The position numbers and the translations under genes were made by a program. The notes under the pieces were generated by a model. It ran no database searches. It saw only the letters and a list, made by a program, of their open reading frames with translations, and was not told where the DNA came from. A stretch of DNA of 64,000 bases from Euglena gracilis (taxonomy: Eukaryota): positions 35,759,703 to 35,823,702 of the forward strand of contig CP154954.1 of NCBI GenBank assembly GCA_039621445.1, written 5' to 3'. This document shows, piece by piece, positions 60,677-64,000 of the stretch; within the stretch, counting starts at the first letter, position 1, and each line of letters opens with the position of its first letter.

Positions 60677-63600
60677 GTAAGGCCCAATTTGGTCCATTTT
60701 TACGTGGTAACCTGGGCTGACCTGGTAAATGTCCCCCGGAAAGGTCGAATGCACCCATCTAAATGTGCTCATTTCTTGCAACCAACATTCCCGCTGCATG
60801 TTTTTCTTGCCATTAAACCACGACAATCATGAAACCAACGGGTCCCCTGACTTTGGAGGCCTCCTGGAACACCCATTCGGTTACTCGGAGTAAGGCCCAA
60901 TTTGGTCCATTTTTACATGGTAACCTGGGCTGACCTGGTAAATGTCCCCCCGAATGGTCGAATGCACCCATCTAAATGTGCTCATTTCTTGCAACCAACA
61001 TTCCCGCTGCATGTTTTTCTTACCATTAAACCACGACAATCATGAAACCAACGGGTCCCCTGACTTTGGAGGCCTCCTGGAACACCCATTCGGTTACTCG
61101 GAGTAAGGCCCAATTTGGTCCATTTTTACATGGTAACCTGGGCTGACCTCGTAAAGTCCCCCGGAATGGTCGAATGCACCCATCTAAATGTGCTCATTTC
61201 TTGCAACCAACATTCCCGCTGCATGTTTTTCTTACCATTAAACCACGACAATCATGAAACCAACGGGTCCCCTGACTTTGGAGGCCTCCTGGAACACCCA
61301 TTCGGTTACTCGGAGTAAGGCCCAATTTGGTCCATTTTTACATGGTAACCTGGGCTGACCTGGTAAATGTCCCCCGGAATGGTCGAATGCACCCATCTAA
61401 ATGTGCTCATTTCTTGCAACCAACATTCCCGCTGCATGTTTTTCTTACCATTAAACCACGACAATCATGAAACCAACGGGTCCCCTGACTTTGGAGGCCT
61501 CCTGGAACACCCATTCGGTTACTCGGAGTAAGGCCCATTTGGTCCATTTTTACATGGTAACCTGGGCTGACCTGGTAAATGTCCCCCGGAATGGTCGAAT
61601 GCACCCATCTAAATGTGCTCATTTTTTGCAACCAACATTCCCGCTGCATGTTTTTCTTACCATTAAACCACGACAATCATGAAACCAACGGGTCCCCTGA
61701 CTTTGGAGGCCTCCTGGAACACCCATTCGGTTACTCGGAGTAAGGCCCAATTTGGTCCATTTTTACGTGGTAACCTGGGCTGACCTGGTAAATGTCCCCC
61801 GGAATGGTCGAATGCACCCATCTAAATGTGCTCATTTCTTGCAACCAACATTCCCGCTGCATATGTTTTTATTACCATTAAACCCCGACAAGCATGAAAC
61901 CAACGGGTCCCCTGACTTTGGAGGCCTCCTGGAACACCCATTCGGTTACTCGGAGTAAGGCCCAATTTGGTCCATTTTTACGTGGCAACCTGGGCTGACC
62001 TGGTAAATGTCCCCCGGAATGGTCGAATGCACCCATCTAAATGTGCTCATTTCTTGCAACCAACATTCCCACTGCATGTCTTTCTTACCATTAAACCACG
62101 ACAATCATGAAACCAACGGGTCCCCTGACTTTGGTGGCCTCCTGGAACACCCATTCGGTTACTCGGAGGAAGGCCCACTTTGGTCCATTTTTACGTGGTA
62201 ACCTGGGCTGACCTGGTAAATGTCCAGCGGGAATGGTCGAATGCACGCATCTAAATGTGCTCATTTCTTGCAACCAACATTCCCGCTGCATGTTTTTTTT
62301 TAACCATTAAACCACGGCAATCATGAAACCAACGGGTCCCCTGACTTTGGAGGCCTCCTGGAACACCCATTCGGTTACTCGGAGTAAGGCCCAATTTGGT
62401 CCATTTTTACGTGGTAACCTGGGCTGACCTGGTAAATGTCCCCCGGAATGGTCGAATGCACCCATCTAAATGTGCTCATTTCTTGCAACCAACATTCCCG
62501 CTGCCTGTTTTTCTTACCATTAAACCACTACAATCATGAAACCAACGGGTCCCCTGACTTTGGAGGCCGCCTGGAACACCCATTCAGTTACTCGGGGTAA
62601 GGCCCAATTTGGTCCATTTTTACATGGTAACCTGGGCTGACCTGGTAAATGTCCCCCGGAATGGTCGAATGCACACATCTAAATGTGCTCATTTCTTGCA
62701 AGCAACATTCCCGCTGCATGTTTTCCTTGCCATTAAACCACGACAATCATGAAACCAACGGGTCCCCTGACTTTGGAGGCCTCCTGGAACACCCATTCGG
62801 TTACTCGGAGTAAGGCCCAATTTGGTCCATTTTTACGTGGCAACCTGGGCTGACCTGGTAAATGTCCCCCGGAATGGTCGAATGCACCCATCTAAATGTG
62901 CTCATTTCTTGCAACCAACATTCCCGCTGCATGTTTTTCTTGCCATTAAACCACCACAATCATGAAACCAACGGGTCCCCTGACTTTGGAGGCCTCCTGG
63001 AACACCCATTCGGTTACTCGGAGTAAGGCTCAATTTGGTCAATTTTTATGTGGTAACCTGGGCTGACCTGGTAAATGTTCCCCGGAATGGTCGAATGCAC
63101 CCATCTAAATGTGCTCATTTCTTGCAACCAACATTCCCGCTGCATGTTTTTCTTACCATTAAACCACTGACAATCATGAAACCAACGGGTCCCCTGACTT
63201 TGGTGGCCTCCTGGAACACCCATTCGGTTACTCAGAGTAAAGCCCATTTGGTCCAGTTTTATATGGCAACCCGGGCTGACATGGTAAATGTCTCCCGGAA
63301 TGGTCGAATGCACCCATCTAAATGTGCTCATTTCTTGCAACCAACATTCCCGCTGCATGTTTTTTTTTTAACCATTAAACCACGGCAATCATGAAACCAA
63401 CGGGTCCCCTGACTTTGCAGGCCTCCTGGAACACCCATTCGGTTACTCGGAGTAAGGCCCAATTTGGTCCATTTTTACGTGGTAACCTGGGCTGACCTGG
63501 TAAATGTCCCCCGGAATGGTCGAATGCACCCATCTAAATGTGCTCATTTCTTGCAACCAACATTCCCGCTGCATGTTTTTCTTGCCATTAAACCATTACA

Positions 63601-64000
63601 ATCATGAAACCAACGGGTCCCCTGACTTTGGAGGCCTCCTGGAACACCCATTCGGTTACTCGGAGTAAGGCCCAATTTGGTCCATTTTTACGTGGCAACC
63701 TGGGCTGACATGGTAAATGTCCCCCGGAATGGTCGAATGCACCCATCTAAATGTGCTCATTTCTTGCAACCAACATTCCCGCTGCATGTTTTTATTACCA
63801 TTAAACCACGACAATCATGAAACCAACGGGTCCCCTGACTTTGGAGGCCTCCTGGAACACCCATTCGGTTACTCGGAGTAAGGCTCAATTTGGTCAATTT
63901 TTATGTGGTAACCTGGGCTGACCTGGTAAATGTCCCCCGGAATGGTCGAATGCACCCATCTAAATGTGCACATTTCTTGCAACCAACATTCCAACTGCAT
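60677..64000 (-). repeat. 213-bp satellite in inverted orientation (over 15 monomers, continues past the window end)
   Basis: Reverse complement of the same monomer. Confidence 0.98.

Overview
Repeat-dominated eukaryotic heterochromatin-like window with no recognisable host gene. About half of it is a 213-bp tandem satellite in five blocks (1044-4292, 15695-37400, 46288-46572 and 49208-51292 on +; 60677-64000 inverted), plus a 3.75-kb array of a doubly palindromic 30-bp unit (42535-46290). Embedded in the satellite are fragments of two Ty3/Gypsy LTR-retrotransposon families. Family 1 (4293-15697; two head-to-head, mutated copies) is a chromovirus-type element whose polyprotein can be reconstructed as Dam-like N6-adenine methyltransferase (NPPY) - C5-cytosine methyltransferase (FxGxG/PC/EN) - aspartic protease - RT - RNase H - integrase - chromodomain, followed by an extra ORF, PPT and LTR. 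This pairing of two DNA-methylation writers with a chromatin reader in one retrotransposon is the main finding. Family 2 (37401-42330 +, 46573-49207 +, 54240-60676 -) has a very long Gag, tRNA-iMet-type PBS and a pol carrying a Dam-like domain with an altered motif (HPPP) ahead of RT. One of its gag copies holds an in-frame, GT-AG-bounded, tRNA-like hairpin insertion. All domain calls come from reading motifs by eye; no searches were run.
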